From: Candidatus Saccharimonadota bacterium | GTDB lineage: Bacteria > Bacteroidota > Bacteroidia > Cytophagales > Amoebophilaceae | Reading direction: 5' to 3' | NCBI RefSeq assembly: GCF_936981045.1 | Contig: NZ_OW441264.1 | Span: 870,001-902,000, forward strand | Length of the DNA stretch: 32,000 nt | In this document: positions 1 through 9,799 of the stretch, piece by piece | How the letters are laid out: every line of letters begins with the position of its first letter | How positions within the stretch are numbered: position 1 is the first letter of the stretch | Made by a program: the position numbers and the translations under genes | The notes under the pieces: generated by a model | The model's input: the letters and a program-made list of their open reading frames with translations, nothing else | Databases searched by the model: none | What the model was told of the DNA's origin: nothing

Positions 1-17
1 GTAGAAAACCTGTTTCA

Positions 18-1283
18 TTAGGCCATTTTTTTTAGTCCACCTTCTTGGCTGTTGTTTTCTATTTGTCTGAGCAGTTCTAATCGTGTTCTGCTCAATTGTT
101 CTAATGCATAATTTTTATCAATTACTAATTGATGGTGGTCTTTTAAGGATGGAGCCGTGTACATTAATTCATGCATAATGCTTTCACAGATAGAACGCAG
201 CCCCCTGGCGCCTAGTTTGAGCGATATAGCTTGTTCTGAAATGAAGTCAAGGGTTTCGTCCGTAAAGGTTAGGGTAATGCCATCTATTGCAAACAACTTG
301 ATATACTGTTTCACCAATGCGTTTTTAGGTTCTGTAAGAATGCGCCGTAGATCAGATTTTGTAAGCGGTTCAAGTCCTTTTATAACCGGAAGGCGACCTA
401 CTAGTTCAGGAATCAGCCCATACCCTTTTATATCTGAGGAAGAAACATATTTAAGCATATCTTTATCATCTATTTTAGCCCTACGTTTTGCAGAAAATTC
501 AAATCCTATGCTATTAAAATTAATTCGATTCCCAATGGTTCTGGCAATGCCATCAAAAGCGCCTCCGCAAATGAATAAAATCTTTTCTGTATTGACCGCT
601 GTTAGCTTCTGGTCTGGATGTTTTCTTCCACCATGTGGCGGCGCATTTACAATAGAGCCCTCTAATAGTTTTAGCAAAGATTGTTGTACCCCTTCACCGC
701 TTACATCTCGAGTGATGGATGGATTGTCTCCCTTACGCGCAATTTTATCGATTTCATCTACATAGACAATCCCCCTCTCAGCTGCTGTTACTTCATAATT
801 GGCAGCATATAACAACCGGCTGATGATACTTTCTACATCCTCTCCAACATAGCCTGCTTCTGTTAAAACTGTTGCATCTATAATACAAAAAGGCACCTCT
901 AGCATTTGTGCCAGCGTACGGACCAAATAGGTTTTACCTGTACCTGTTTCTCCAACCAGTAATATGTTGGATTTTTCAATGACCACATCATCTTCTATAC
1001 TGGCCGGGTAAGCCAGACGCTTATAGTGGTTGTAGACTGCAATAGACAATGCTTTTTTAGCCTCTTCTTGCCCAATCACATACTCATCTAAATAAGCTTT
1101 AATTTCTTGTGGCCGTAATAGATTAACCGGCTTTATATCATTGATGACGTTATCCTCCTTTTGAAGTTGAATAATTTGTGAAGCTTGCGTCACACATTGG
1201 TCACAAATGCGTCCTTCTGGACCAGTTACCATCATGGTGACTACTTCACTCGTTTTTTTACAAAAAGAACAATGGGTTTTCAT
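18..1283 (-). CDS. clpX: ATP-dependent Clp protease ATP-binding subunit ClpX
   Basis: Track ORF 18..1409 trimmed to Met43 (MKTHCSFCKK). It has an N-terminal zinc finger (CSFC...CDQC), Walker A GETGTGKT and a ClpX-type AAA+ body. It lies 20 nt downstream of clpP, as in the canonical operon. Confidence 0.9.
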   Translation of the reverse strand: MKTHCSFCKKTSEVVTMMVTGPEGRICDQCVTQASQIIQLQKEDNVINDIKPVNLLRPQEIKAYLDEYVIGQEEAKKALSIAVYNHYKRLAYPASIEDDVVIEKSNILLVGETGTGKTYLVRTLAQMLEVPFCIIDATVLTEAGYVGEDVESIISRLLYAANYEVTAAERGIVYVDEIDKIARKGDNPSITRDVSGEGVQQSLLKLLEGSIVNAPPHGGRKHPDQKLTAVNTEKILFICGGAFDGIARTIGNRINFNSIGFEFSAKRRAKIDDKDMLKYVSSSDIKGYGLIPELVGRLPVIKGLEPLTKSDLRRILTEPKNALVKQYIKLFAIDGITLTFTDETLDFISEQAISLKLGARGLRSICESIMHELMYTAPSLKDHHQLVIDKNYALEQLSRTRLELLRQIENNSQEGGLKKMA

Positions 1284-1302
1284 AATGGTAGTAATTGCAT
1301 GA

Positions 1303-2025
1303 TTATTTTTTTTTCTCGTCCTCTTTCTCGTTCTCGTTGTCTTTCTCTTTTCCTTTCTCGTTCTCGAGCACGAAGTCAATGATTCCATACGCTTTGGCCT
1401 CATTTGCACGCATCCAATAGTCCCTATCTGAATGGTGCTCTACAGAAGCATAGTCTTGACCCGTATGTTTAGATAGAATGTTATAAATATCCTTTTTAAT
1501 TTCAATGATTTGCTGTACGGTAATTTCCATATCTGCAGCGGTTCCTTTCGCGCCTCCTAGTGGTTGGTGAATCATAATCCGGGCATGTGGAAGAGAACAG
1601 CGTTTGTTTTTAGCGCCTCCAGCCAATAGTACAGCAGCCATAGAAGCTGCAAGGCCTGTGCAAATCGTGGCTACATCAGGTGAAATATATTGCATGGTAT
1701 CATAAATGCCTAAGCCTGGGTATACAGACCCTCCTGGGCTGTTGATATACAGCAAAACATCTTTTTTGGCATCAACGGATTGTAAAAAAAGCAGCTGCGC
1801 AATAATAATATTAGCAATATTATCATCTACTTGTGTGCCCAGAAAAATGATTCTGTCCATGATCAGCCTAGAGAAGACGTCCACCTCTCTAAAGTGAGCG
1901 GACCGTTGTTCAATGACAGATCGTGTCATGTTTTCAATATTTGACACATAGTTATGAACCTGAAATCCAGTTGCATAACCATTTTTAACTGCAAATTTTC
2001 TAAATTCTTTTTGATCTAATAACAT
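1303..2025 (-). CDS. clpP: ATP-dependent Clp protease proteolytic subunit ClpP, with an atypical E/K-rich C-terminal tail
   Basis: ClpP motifs [22 protein letters not shown] and IMIHQPLGG are present. The start was chosen at Met23 (MLLDQKEF); 2091 is an alternative start. Confidence 0.88.
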   Translation of the reverse strand: MLLDQKEFRKFAVKNGYATGFQVHNYVSNIENMTRSVIEQRSAHFREVDVFSRLIMDRIIFLGTQVDDNIANIIIAQLLFLQSVDAKKDVLLYINSPGGSVYPGLGIYDTMQYISPDVATICTGLAASMAAVLLAGGAKNKRCSLPHARIMIHQPLGGAKGTAADMEITVQQIIEIKKDIYNILSKHTGQDYASVEHHSDRDYWMRANEAKAYGIIDFVLENEKGKEKDNENEKEDEKKK

Positions 2026-2186
2026 AGGTAAATATGAGGGGTAAAGTGTATTCTGGTTTCTACATAGGTAGCTTTTTGAAAGGTAGTACAAAATACTGTA
2101 TTAAGCAAATACATATTTATATTATATTTCATTTTATAATCCCCATTTGGTTTGGGTGCTAAAATGGATGCAACAGGTTACAGTCA

Positions 2187-3119
2187 TTAGCCTATCATAG
2201 GACCAATATGGGTTTGTATTTTAGGTAAGTCATAGGGTGCAAACCAGGTTATATGTTTATCTTTTTTAAACCAAGTTATTTGTTTTTTTGCATATTTTTT
2301 TGTGTTAGTTTTGATATGGTTGATTGCTTCTGTTAAACTATATTGGCCATCCATATAGGCAAATAATTCTTTATAGCCCAATGTTTGCAATGCATTGGTG
2401 GCTTTGTAGGGATAGAGTTTTTCAACTTCTTTCAGCAAGCCTTGTTCCAGCATGGCATCCACACGCAGGTTGATCCGTTTGTGGAGTAATGGTTTATCTT
2501 GCGTTAGGCCTATGGTGATAATGTTAAATGGTCTGGCTTCTTTTGTCGGTTGTTTGCGCAGGGTAGAGTAAGGTTGTCCTGTACCTAGGCAGACTTCTAA
2601 TGCTCTGATGACTCTTTTAGGGTTGTTAAGGTCTACTGTGTTGTAGTAGGTAGGATCCTTTTCTGCCAGCAGCTGGGTGAGGTAGGGGAGTCCTTTTTCT
2701 GCTAAGGCAGCATTTAGGGTAGCACGTAGGCTGGGGGATAGGGTAGGCATTTCGGCTAGCCCTTCACAGAGTGCTTTTAGGTAGAGTCCAGAGCCACCGG
2801 TTGCGATCACTACATCTTGATAGGCAAAAAGGTTATGGAGTTTCTGTAAGGCTTCTTTGGCAAATCTACCAGCTGTATAGTTTGCTTGAATGGGTAAGAA
2901 AGCTAAAAAATGGTGGGGGATGCCCCTCATTTCGGCTTGGGTAGGTTGTGCGGTACCAATCACTAGGTCGCGATAAAATTGCCTAGAATCAGCTGATATG
3001 ATCTCTGTTTGAAGCGCTTCAGCCAGTTGAATAGAGAGTGCAGTCTTACCTATAGCAGTTGGGCCAACCATAACGATTAAGTGCTTACGCTTGGCTGTGG
3101 TGATGGGGTTTGAGCACAT
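2187..3119 (-). CDS. miaA: tRNA dimethylallyltransferase MiaA
   Basis: P-loop GPTAIGKT and the ISADSRQFYRDLVIGTA motif are present, in a full-length 310-aa ORF. Confidence 0.9.
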   Translation of the reverse strand: MCSNPITTAKRKHLIVMVGPTAIGKTALSIQLAEALQTEIISADSRQFYRDLVIGTAQPTQAEMRGIPHHFLAFLPIQANYTAGRFAKEALQKLHNLFAYQDVVIATGGSGLYLKALCEGLAEMPTLSPSLRATLNAALAEKGLPYLTQLLAEKDPTYYNTVDLNNPKRVIRALEVCLGTGQPYSTLRKQPTKEARPFNIITIGLTQDKPLLHKRINLRVDAMLEQGLLKEVEKLYPYKATNALQTLGYKELFAYMDGQYSLTEAINHIKTNTKKYAKKQITWFKKDKHITWFAPYDLPKIQTHIGPMIG

Positions 3120-3151
3120 GGGGTATGGGTGTATAGGAAATGAGTCTGTTA

Positions 3152-3391
3152 ACGTGATTTCGGGATTTATTTGACTGATTTACAACAATTTAATATCAAT
3201 TATTTAGTTAATATTTACACCTATTTAACAAGTTTTTATATCTAATTTTATAAATATAATATATATAATAAACTGATTATCAGAATTATTTGTTATTCAA
3301 CAACCTATTTAACTGTCTATAAAACAAATTTTATAAATTTTTATTAATATTGATTATCAAATGAAAAAATAATATAATCCCGAACTCACGT
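3152..3391 (+). mobile_element. 240-bp MITE, copy 1 (A-end to B-end orientation)
   Basis: Termini are ACGTGATTTCGGGATT ... AATCCCGAACTCACGT. It is flanked by a perfect 5-bp direct repeat TGTTA (3147-3151 and 3392-3396). The interior is AT-rich and non-coding. Confidence 0.88.
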
Positions 3392-3484
3392 TGTTATTGG
3401 ATGTTGTTAGTGGTTAATGTAGGTTACATTATACATAAAAATGAAAATTTTACACAAAATGACAGCTATGAAGTAGACGGCTTC

Positions 3485-3964
3485 CTACGCCGAAAAAACG
3501 ACGTCATGTTGTTCAAAAACCTCTGTAGTATGTTGTTGTTGCTGCTGTTGTTGTTGTTTGCGTTTGTGTTTGTGTTGCTGTTGTTGTTTGCGTTTGTGTT
3601 TCTGCTGTTGTTTGCATTTGTGTTGCTTCTGTTGCTGTTGGTTGTTGCTCTTGTTGTTGGTTTCTGCTGTTGTTTGCGTTTGTGTTGCTGTTGCTGTTTG
3701 CGTTTGTGTTGCTGCTGGTTGTTGCTCTTGTTTCTGCTTTTGTGGTTGTTGTGGTTGAGTAGGTGTAGATTGGGTGCCACTATTAAATCTTACCTCTATG
3801 GTGCTGTTAGGGTTTGTTGGGGTGACGGTGATAGATGTGCCGTCTTGGTTGGCCTGAAGGTTTGGATCCGTTGTCTCTATATACAGTATATTGTTCGGCC
3901 CAGTGCGCAGTTGGGCATAGGGGCCTACTAATGACATGATTACACATGGCTTTTTCTGACCCAT
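3485..3964 (-). CDS. Q/T/K-rich low-complexity protein, paralog of 9800..10558; possibly a pseudogene because the start codon of the signal-peptide region is lost
   Basis: The reading frame stays open upstream to 4068 and encodes a lipoprotein-like leader (IKFIFIQYFCLTFLIATNC). There is no ATG, GTG or TTG before the stop at 4070-4072. The first ATG, at 3964, lies after the leader. Confidence 0.4.
   Translation of the reverse strand: MGQKKPCVIMSLVGPYAQLRTGPNNILYIETTDPNLQANQDGTSITVTPTNPNSTIEVRFNSGTQSTPTQPQQPQKQKQEQQPAATQTQTATATQTQTTAETNNKSNNQQQQKQHKCKQQQKHKRKQQQQHKHKRKQQQQQQQQHTTEVFEQHDVVFSA
3527..3765. repeat. Imperfect GTT/GCT-rich low-complexity repeat (encodes a Q/K/H/T-rich tract on the minus strand)
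   Basis: Motifs of the form ttgtttgcgtttgtgtt and gctgttgttg recur. ORFs are open in several frames on both strands, which is typical of simple-sequence DNA. Confidence 0.6.
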
Positions 3965-4093
3965 TGGATCTGGTATGGGTAAGTTGCTTTTTTTAATACT
4001 GTTGCAATTAGTGGCTATTAAAAAGGTTAAGCAAAAATATTGTATGAATATAAATTTAATAGCATGGATTTAACTAGTATGGGTTATTTTGAT

Positions 4094-4116
4094 GGTTCTG
4101 TCGCGTCTATATTTTC
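4094..4116. mobile_element. Solo IS6-family terminal inverted repeat remnant
   Basis: GGTTCTGTCGCGTCTATATTTTC is identical to the first 23 bp of the B-type IS6 end at 16695. Similarity stops after that. Confidence 0.5.
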
Positions 4117-5148
4117 TTTTGTATAGCTCTTCTCTTTACGTAAAAAGAGGCGTTTTCTCTTGAAGTAGGCCCAATGGGAGCGAAGCTACAATATGACAAC
4201 ATTTATCCTTTTAATGTATAAAAACCAAATGATTTCGGTCGCCATCATGCAGCAAGTTTGAGCCTGCTACTCATATCTAGTTCGATTCGACTATATGGAT
4301 TTACATGATGGTATATCATCGGCGTTAACCTACGTCAGTTTTCATCTGTCATTTTGCTTCTTCACGATGGTTCTGACAAAACCCTCTGAATCAGAAGCGT
4401 ATTTATATACACCAGGCTAATCTGTAGTAAATGCAGTGACAGTATGGATATTTCCTGTTCCTCTGGTTTATTGGAGGTGAATTCACTATGATCACCATAG
4501 AAAATAAAATCATTGGCACTGTTCCAGTTTTCGACTACATTCAATCCAGTATTTATTTCATATCGTAATGATTCGTCGTTTAAATAACGACAGATAAAAA
4601 TGGTCTTAACTGTTTTGCCTAATTCGGTCAGTGCCTTGTATGTTGGATGTTGCGAATTATTCCGAGTAAATCTTCTTAATTATAGCTTGAGGCTCTGCCT
4701 TCCTGGTTCTAAGTGCTGTTGTGTATTTTATAATTTCATCATATTGTTGTCGGATCAGTTCCCAGTTTATTTCTCTTGCCAATATAGGTGATAGTTCAGG
4801 ATACAATACAGCATCACTGGAGGAACATAAATTGAGACCGTTGTGATAGGTCGATAGCATAATTTTTCTATTTTTCTAGCATTATTTTTTTGATTTTTAG
4901 TGTTATGGGTCTAAATATTCTTATTATTTATTGGTTTTCAGGTTTATTTCAGTTCATTTTTGATAGACCATTCGCCTAAACACCTTTTAATATGCTATTT
5001 GGCGACCTGTATAAATTATAGGCTATTGTGTCCAAAACGTGTTGTGTATGGGTTTTAGAAAGACCTATATAACGCGCTCTTGAACTTCGGAACTAACTTT
5101 TGATACTTCCAAATACGCGTTCCACCTTATACCGAGTTTGAGCTACTA

Positions 5149-5389
5149 ACGTGAGTTCGGGATTTATTTGACTGATTTACAACAATTTAATATCAATTAT
5201 TTAGTTAATATTTGCACCTATTTAACAAGTTTTTATATCTAATTTTATAAATATAATATATATAATAAACTGATTACCAGAATTATTTGTTATTCAACTA
5301 CCTATTTAACTGTCTAATAAAACAAATTTTATAAATTTTTATTAATATTGATTATCAAATGAAAAAATAATCTAATCCCGAACTCACGT
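5149..5389 (+). mobile_element. 240-bp MITE, copy 2
   Basis: Perfect termini ACGTGAGTTCGGGATT / AATCCCGAACTCACGT. TSD is TACTA (5144-5148 and 5390-5394). It is inserted in the IS5 transposase gene. Confidence 0.9.
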
Positions 5390-5910
5390 TACTAATTTAT
5401 TAAACCGCTTGGCAGTAGGTGATAAGGGATTATTTCTAGTAGCTTTCTTCTGCATAGCTGATTTTAAGGCTTTATTCTTTAATAAGGTTTCATTAGGTGA
5501 GCCGCTGTAGCCCTTATCTGCATATAGCCTACTACCTGCTTTTAGCTCTACTTTATCCAATAAGACGTGTAAATGAGCACTATCATGACTAGATGCTTTT
5601 GTGGTACTGACTGCTAGGACTAAGCCTTCTTTACTTTCCACAAGAACGTGTCGCTTATACCCATAGTAGAGATTATCTCCTTTTTTTGTCCAACTCGTTT
5701 TTGGATCTACACCTTTTTGATAACTTTCGGCTACAGTTATAGTGCCATCTTCATGGAGATCATAGCTTTTTTTACCTTTAGGCCGTCTAGGCGTGGGGGT
5801 AATAGAGGCATCAACAACTGCACCATGTTGAACGAGTACTCCATGTGCAGCTAGCTGATCATTAATGATTTTCAATAACTTTTCTAAGGCCTTTTGTTCG
5901 GTAAGGGAAG

Positions 5911-6743
5911 GGTTCTGTCGCGTTTATTCTAAAAAATGATTATTTTAGTATCGGTATTTAAAAAAGTAGTTATTATGTTTAATATTTCTCCCGAGTTATT
6001 ACCATATTTTAAAGGTTATTGTTCTTCATCAGAAGTCATCCTGTTATTTGTATACATGAAGTGTCGTTTTTCCTTGAGCTATAGAGATTTGGAAGAGATG
6101 ATGCGTATGAGAGGCGCAAGAGTTGATCATTCTACGCTACAGAGATGGGTTATTAAGTTTGTTCCTCTGATAGATAAAGCAGTAAGAAAAAGAAAACGAC
6201 CAATTGGTAGTAGTTGGAAAATGGATGAAACCTATGTTAAACTAAACGGGAAGTGGATCTATTTATATAGAGCAGTAGATCGTTATGGTGATACAGTTGA
6301 CTTTTTTCTATCTGATCATAGAGACAAGTCTTCAACGCTTTCTTTTTTTCGCAAGGCGATCACAGAAAATAATATTCCTAAGAAAGTAGTAATTGACAAA
6401 AGCGGTAGTAATAAAGCTGCCCTTGATGCGATCAATACAGATCTTGATCAAGATCATACCATTCAAATATTTCAAAACAAATATTTGAATAATAGAGTTG
6501 AACAAGATCATAGGTTTATCAAAAAACGGATAAAACCTATGCTGGGTTTTAAGAATTTTTATTCTGCTTCCATTACTATTTCAGGGATAGAAAACATTCG
6601 TATGATTCAAAAAGGACAAGTAAGAGGAGCTAAAAATCATCTTTCTACTTTTGAAAACTTTGCTATCTTAATGGCCGCATAATATCCAAAATTTGACTTA
6701 AACGAAAAACCTATACTAAGAAAACTATAGACGCGACAGAACC
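5911..6743 (+). mobile_element. IS6-family insertion sequence, A-type copy 1 (833 bp)
   Basis: Terminal IRs are GGTTCTGTCGCG ... CGCGACAGAACC. A perfect 8-bp TSD AAGGGAAG lies at 5903-5910 and 6744-6751; 8 bp is the IS6-family hallmark. It is inserted in the IS5 transposase gene. Confidence 0.92.
5975..6682 (+). CDS. IS6-family transposase (235 aa, apparently intact)
   Basis: IS26-like sequence: FKGY..SLSYRDLEEMM..VDHSTLQRWV, DETYVKLNGKWIYLYRAVD, NNRVEQDHRFIKKR. Start set at MFNISPE inside track ORF 5936..6682. Confidence 0.85.
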   Translation: MFNISPELLPYFKGYCSSSEVILLFVYMKCRFSLSYRDLEEMMRMRGARVDHSTLQRWVIKFVPLIDKAVRKRKRPIGSSWKMDETYVKLNGKWIYLYRAVDRYGDTVDFFLSDHRDKSSTLSFFRKAITENNIPKKVVIDKSGSNKAALDAINTDLDQDHTIQIFQNKYLNNRVEQDHRFIKKRIKPMLGFKNFYSASITISGIENIRMIQKGQVRGAKNHLSTFENFAILMAA

Positions 6744-7929
6744 AAGGGAAGTCCTAAATCTGCTTAATACACTATGATCTGGAACAGAACTATCCATCGA
6801 AATACCACAAAATCTGCTAAAAGTAATACGATCATTTACTTCTTCTTCTACTTGATAGTCACTGAGTGAATACCAGGTCTGAAGCAAGAGCATTTTAAAC
6901 AAAAGCAACGGACTATACGCTGGCTTTCCTGATAAATGTAAGCCTTTAGGGTAATATGAGCGGAGTAATTTTTCTACTGATGACCAATTAACTAGCTTAT
7001 TAATTTGATCAAAAAAGGTATGTTTGCATTTACCCCTGTTCGCTGAAATATCTGCCAAACTTAACTGACCACTTGTTTGAATTGCCATAACAATACTATT
7101 AAAAAGCTTAAGTATAAACGATTAAAGAAGTAACATAATTTAACCATTGTATAACACTAAAAGTCACTTTTTATACCAAAGCTTAAAACTCTATTGCAAC
7201 GGCCTCAAATTGAGTTTTTGCCTAGCAATGTTTTTTAGTCTGGGTAATAAGTCAAATCCAAGGATATAACTGAAAGAAAATGCTACTTCACTCTGTCCGT
7301 GACTGTCTACATACTGCTGATTTATTGCCATGTCAGTACAATGTCGAAGCACACCTTTCATCATGGCAGAAACCTCTGAGGAGGAACAACGGCGTATCTG
7401 AGAGTAAATACATGTTGAATTCGTATCAACATGCCAGTAAATCATCACGCCACGGCCACCATACCGGGCATGCCATTCCGTCATCAGATTCTGATCATAA
7501 GCACTAAATTTTCTGGAGTCTGCTGCACAAGACGTTGTTGCATTGCCCCAAATAGTGGGCTGTCTTATTTTGAATATCCCATTGACTATCTGCGATATAG
7601 CGGCTCTTAAGGAACCTTCTGAATAAATTTTCGTTTAATATAACGCAACTCTTCATAGCTGACGCTTGGTTGTTGACTAGCAATACGTTTTAGGCCGATA
7701 TTAGTTCCCAGACCGAATAAACATAACAGCAACCTCCATTGTAATATTTCAGGGTTAATGACCTCGCGACTTCCTGATGTTCTGAATAATGATGAAAATT
7801 TCTCCCGCAGGTCAACTTCCTTCAGTATATCAATTAATTCAAGATCAGCCCAGCGGTATCCAATTTCACGCTTCAGCTCCAATGTGTTTAGTGGTTCTTC
7901 TTTTCTGGTCAAAGGTGTCAAATGTATAC

Positions 7930-8169
7930 ACGTGAGTTCGGGATTAGATTATTTTTTCATTTGATAATCAATATTAATAAAAATTTATAAAATTTGTTTT
8001 ATAGACAGTTAAATAGGTAATTGAATAACAAATAATTCTGATAATCAGTTTATTATATATATTATATTTATAAAATTAGATATAAAAACTTGTTAAATAG
8101 GTGCAAATATTAACTAAATAATTGATATTAAATTGTTGTAAATCAGTCACATAAATCCCGACCTTACGT
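7930..8169 (-). mobile_element. 240-bp MITE, copy 3 (reverse orientation)
   Basis: TSD is TATAC (7925-7929 and 8170-8174). The A-end is degenerate (CCCGACCTTACGT). Removing it restores the Tn3 TnpA frame ..GKNCIHLTPLTRKEE.. Confidence 0.88.
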
Positions 8170-9799
8170 TATACAGTTCTTGCCATGGGTTCTGAGTCTG
8201 ACTTTCTGGTTTCGCGGAAGGCCATCGTTTAGGATACCGAGCCAATGACGCAGAGTGTTTTTAAACTGACAGATAAACTCTTCACCGTCTAATGGAACGC
8301 CAAGAAGGGAATAATAGTGTACCCTGTTATCACAAAAATCAGCAGGTAAATCCTCTTCAGGATTACGGTAACGATCAACTCCTTTTACCCAGATCTCTTT
8401 GTTCCTGAGACTATTTCTTAAAGCGCGTAATACACAAATTTCATAATTAATCCGGTTAATTTTTTCTTCGCCTTTTGCATTCAGTACAATAACAATATTT
8501 CTCCATTTCTTATTAATGATATAGTCAATAGGGACTTCATCAGTAGCATAATAACGTTGGTTGCTGTTTTTGTGGGTTTTTATTACGTTGATAGCATCAA
8601 TAACAGGTCTGTGTAAATGATTGCTAGACTCAAATTCCAGTTCTTCAAGTACGGGAAGTAAAATCCGACGGTAGTGTCTAGCATAAGATGACCGAATGGA
8701 TTCATGGACTTCAAGTTCTATATCGTTTCCTAGTGTTTTAAATTCATGGACAATCCGTTGCAGTGTTTTTTGGGTTACAACAGGATAAACTACTTCTTTT
8801 ATAATCCCGTCAGGTTGGTCAACTGTGGCTTCTGCCATTTGGAAAAGTAGATTGGCTTTCCCCCTTACTTTTTTGAATACAGAAAACTGTTTTTTGTCTA
8901 CTTTCTTTTCAGCTCGAGTTACCAGATTGTGGATCAACTGCATTAACATTTCAATCAATGCATCTGTCAATTGTTGTCGACGACGACAGCAATACATGAA
9001 AACCATTGGATAACGAATGCTATCCGGATGTCGTCGAATCTCCCTTACCGACTCTGTAGCACAACGCTGTCGGAATATTTCTATAAACTTTGGAGAAACA
9101 GCATGAATCAAATCAGAATGTAGCAATATGCTATCCAGAATTGAGAGCTGAGAGATAACAAAAAAATATTATAAAGGCTGGGTTTTCCCGGTTCTTTTTT
9201 TACATCCTTTCTAAAAGCGTTTTCTTTATTATCACACTCATCTGTGTTGTATCACTGAGTCTGGCATAAATGGAATTTAAAATCGTTGCTTCATAATGAT
9301 AAGTTGCCGAACGAACAACCCTTTCCAGATGTGCCATTGCCAGTGGTTCTGTTCGCTGATCACGGAACCAGTCAAGAGCAGCCTCTTTGGCATGAGGCGC
9401 CTTCGGATCCATAGGTAATACTTCAACACATAATCAGTTAAAAAGTTTTCTTAGTTCAGTATCAGAGGAAGGACGATATCCAAGTAAACGACAAATAGCC
9501 TGACGATGTCGTTGACCCTGGCGATCGGTAGGTTCGTACAAAGAAAAAATATTGTCAGGAACCCCGAGTTGTTGAGAAAAGTACTCAATAACATCAGAAC
9601 TGATATCCTCGACCGATCCAGGAAACTTGCCGTATACCTTCATAAATTTTAACTGGACAGAAAATCCAAAGCGACCTTTATCAGTCATGCTAGTCAATAA
9701 AGAAATTTGCCCTGGAGTCAATAGCCAGACATCTTTCCATTCAGATTTATCTTGCCAGTCATACATAAATATTCCAGTACCTGTGAATACTATAAGATA

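Larger units (their letters stand above)
4976..7088 (-). pseudogene. IS5-family (DDE) transposase, interrupted by IS6-A1 and MITE copy 2, with an in-frame TAG
   Basis: N-terminal InsH-like segment is at 6744-7088, the DDE core with ADKGY at 5390-5910, and the C-terminus ..VERVFGSIKS*FRSSRARYIGLSK.. at 4976-5148. TAG at 5093-5095 sits where relatives have Trp. Confidence 0.75.
4834..7206 (-). mobile_element. IS5-family element (about 1.29 kb of its own sequence) inserted in Tn3 tnpA, itself carrying a MITE and an IS6
   Basis: Ends are GAGACCGTTGTGATAGG (4834) and CTATTGCAACGGCCTC (7206), which are imperfect inverted repeats. The flanking direct repeat is AAATT (4829-4833 and 7207-7211). Removing the element restores the Tn3 frame ..RQKLNLCSSSDAVLYPEL.. 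Confidence 0.8.
4246..9766 (-). pseudogene. tnpA: Tn3-family transposase TnpA, split by insertions and carrying frameshifts and stops
   Basis: The N-terminal DUF4158-like segment (LTPGQISLL..GRFGFSVQLKFMKVYGKFP) is at 9434-9766. Further fragments are at 9200-9412, 8164-9126, 7607-7921, 7191-7484, 4657-4860 and 4362-4544, and the tail ..RRLTPMIYHHVNPYSRIELD.. runs to 4246. Frames rejoin exactly when the inserted elements are removed. Confidence 0.8.

Noticed and set aside
3401-3931. Plus-strand L/C-rich ORFs (3401..3931, 3558..3758) and an alternative minus-strand ORF (3466..3780) in the GTT/GCT simple-sequence region
   Set aside because: These are low-complexity artefacts. The 3485..3964 frame is preferred because it extends into unique sequence and is paralogous to the 9800..10558 product.
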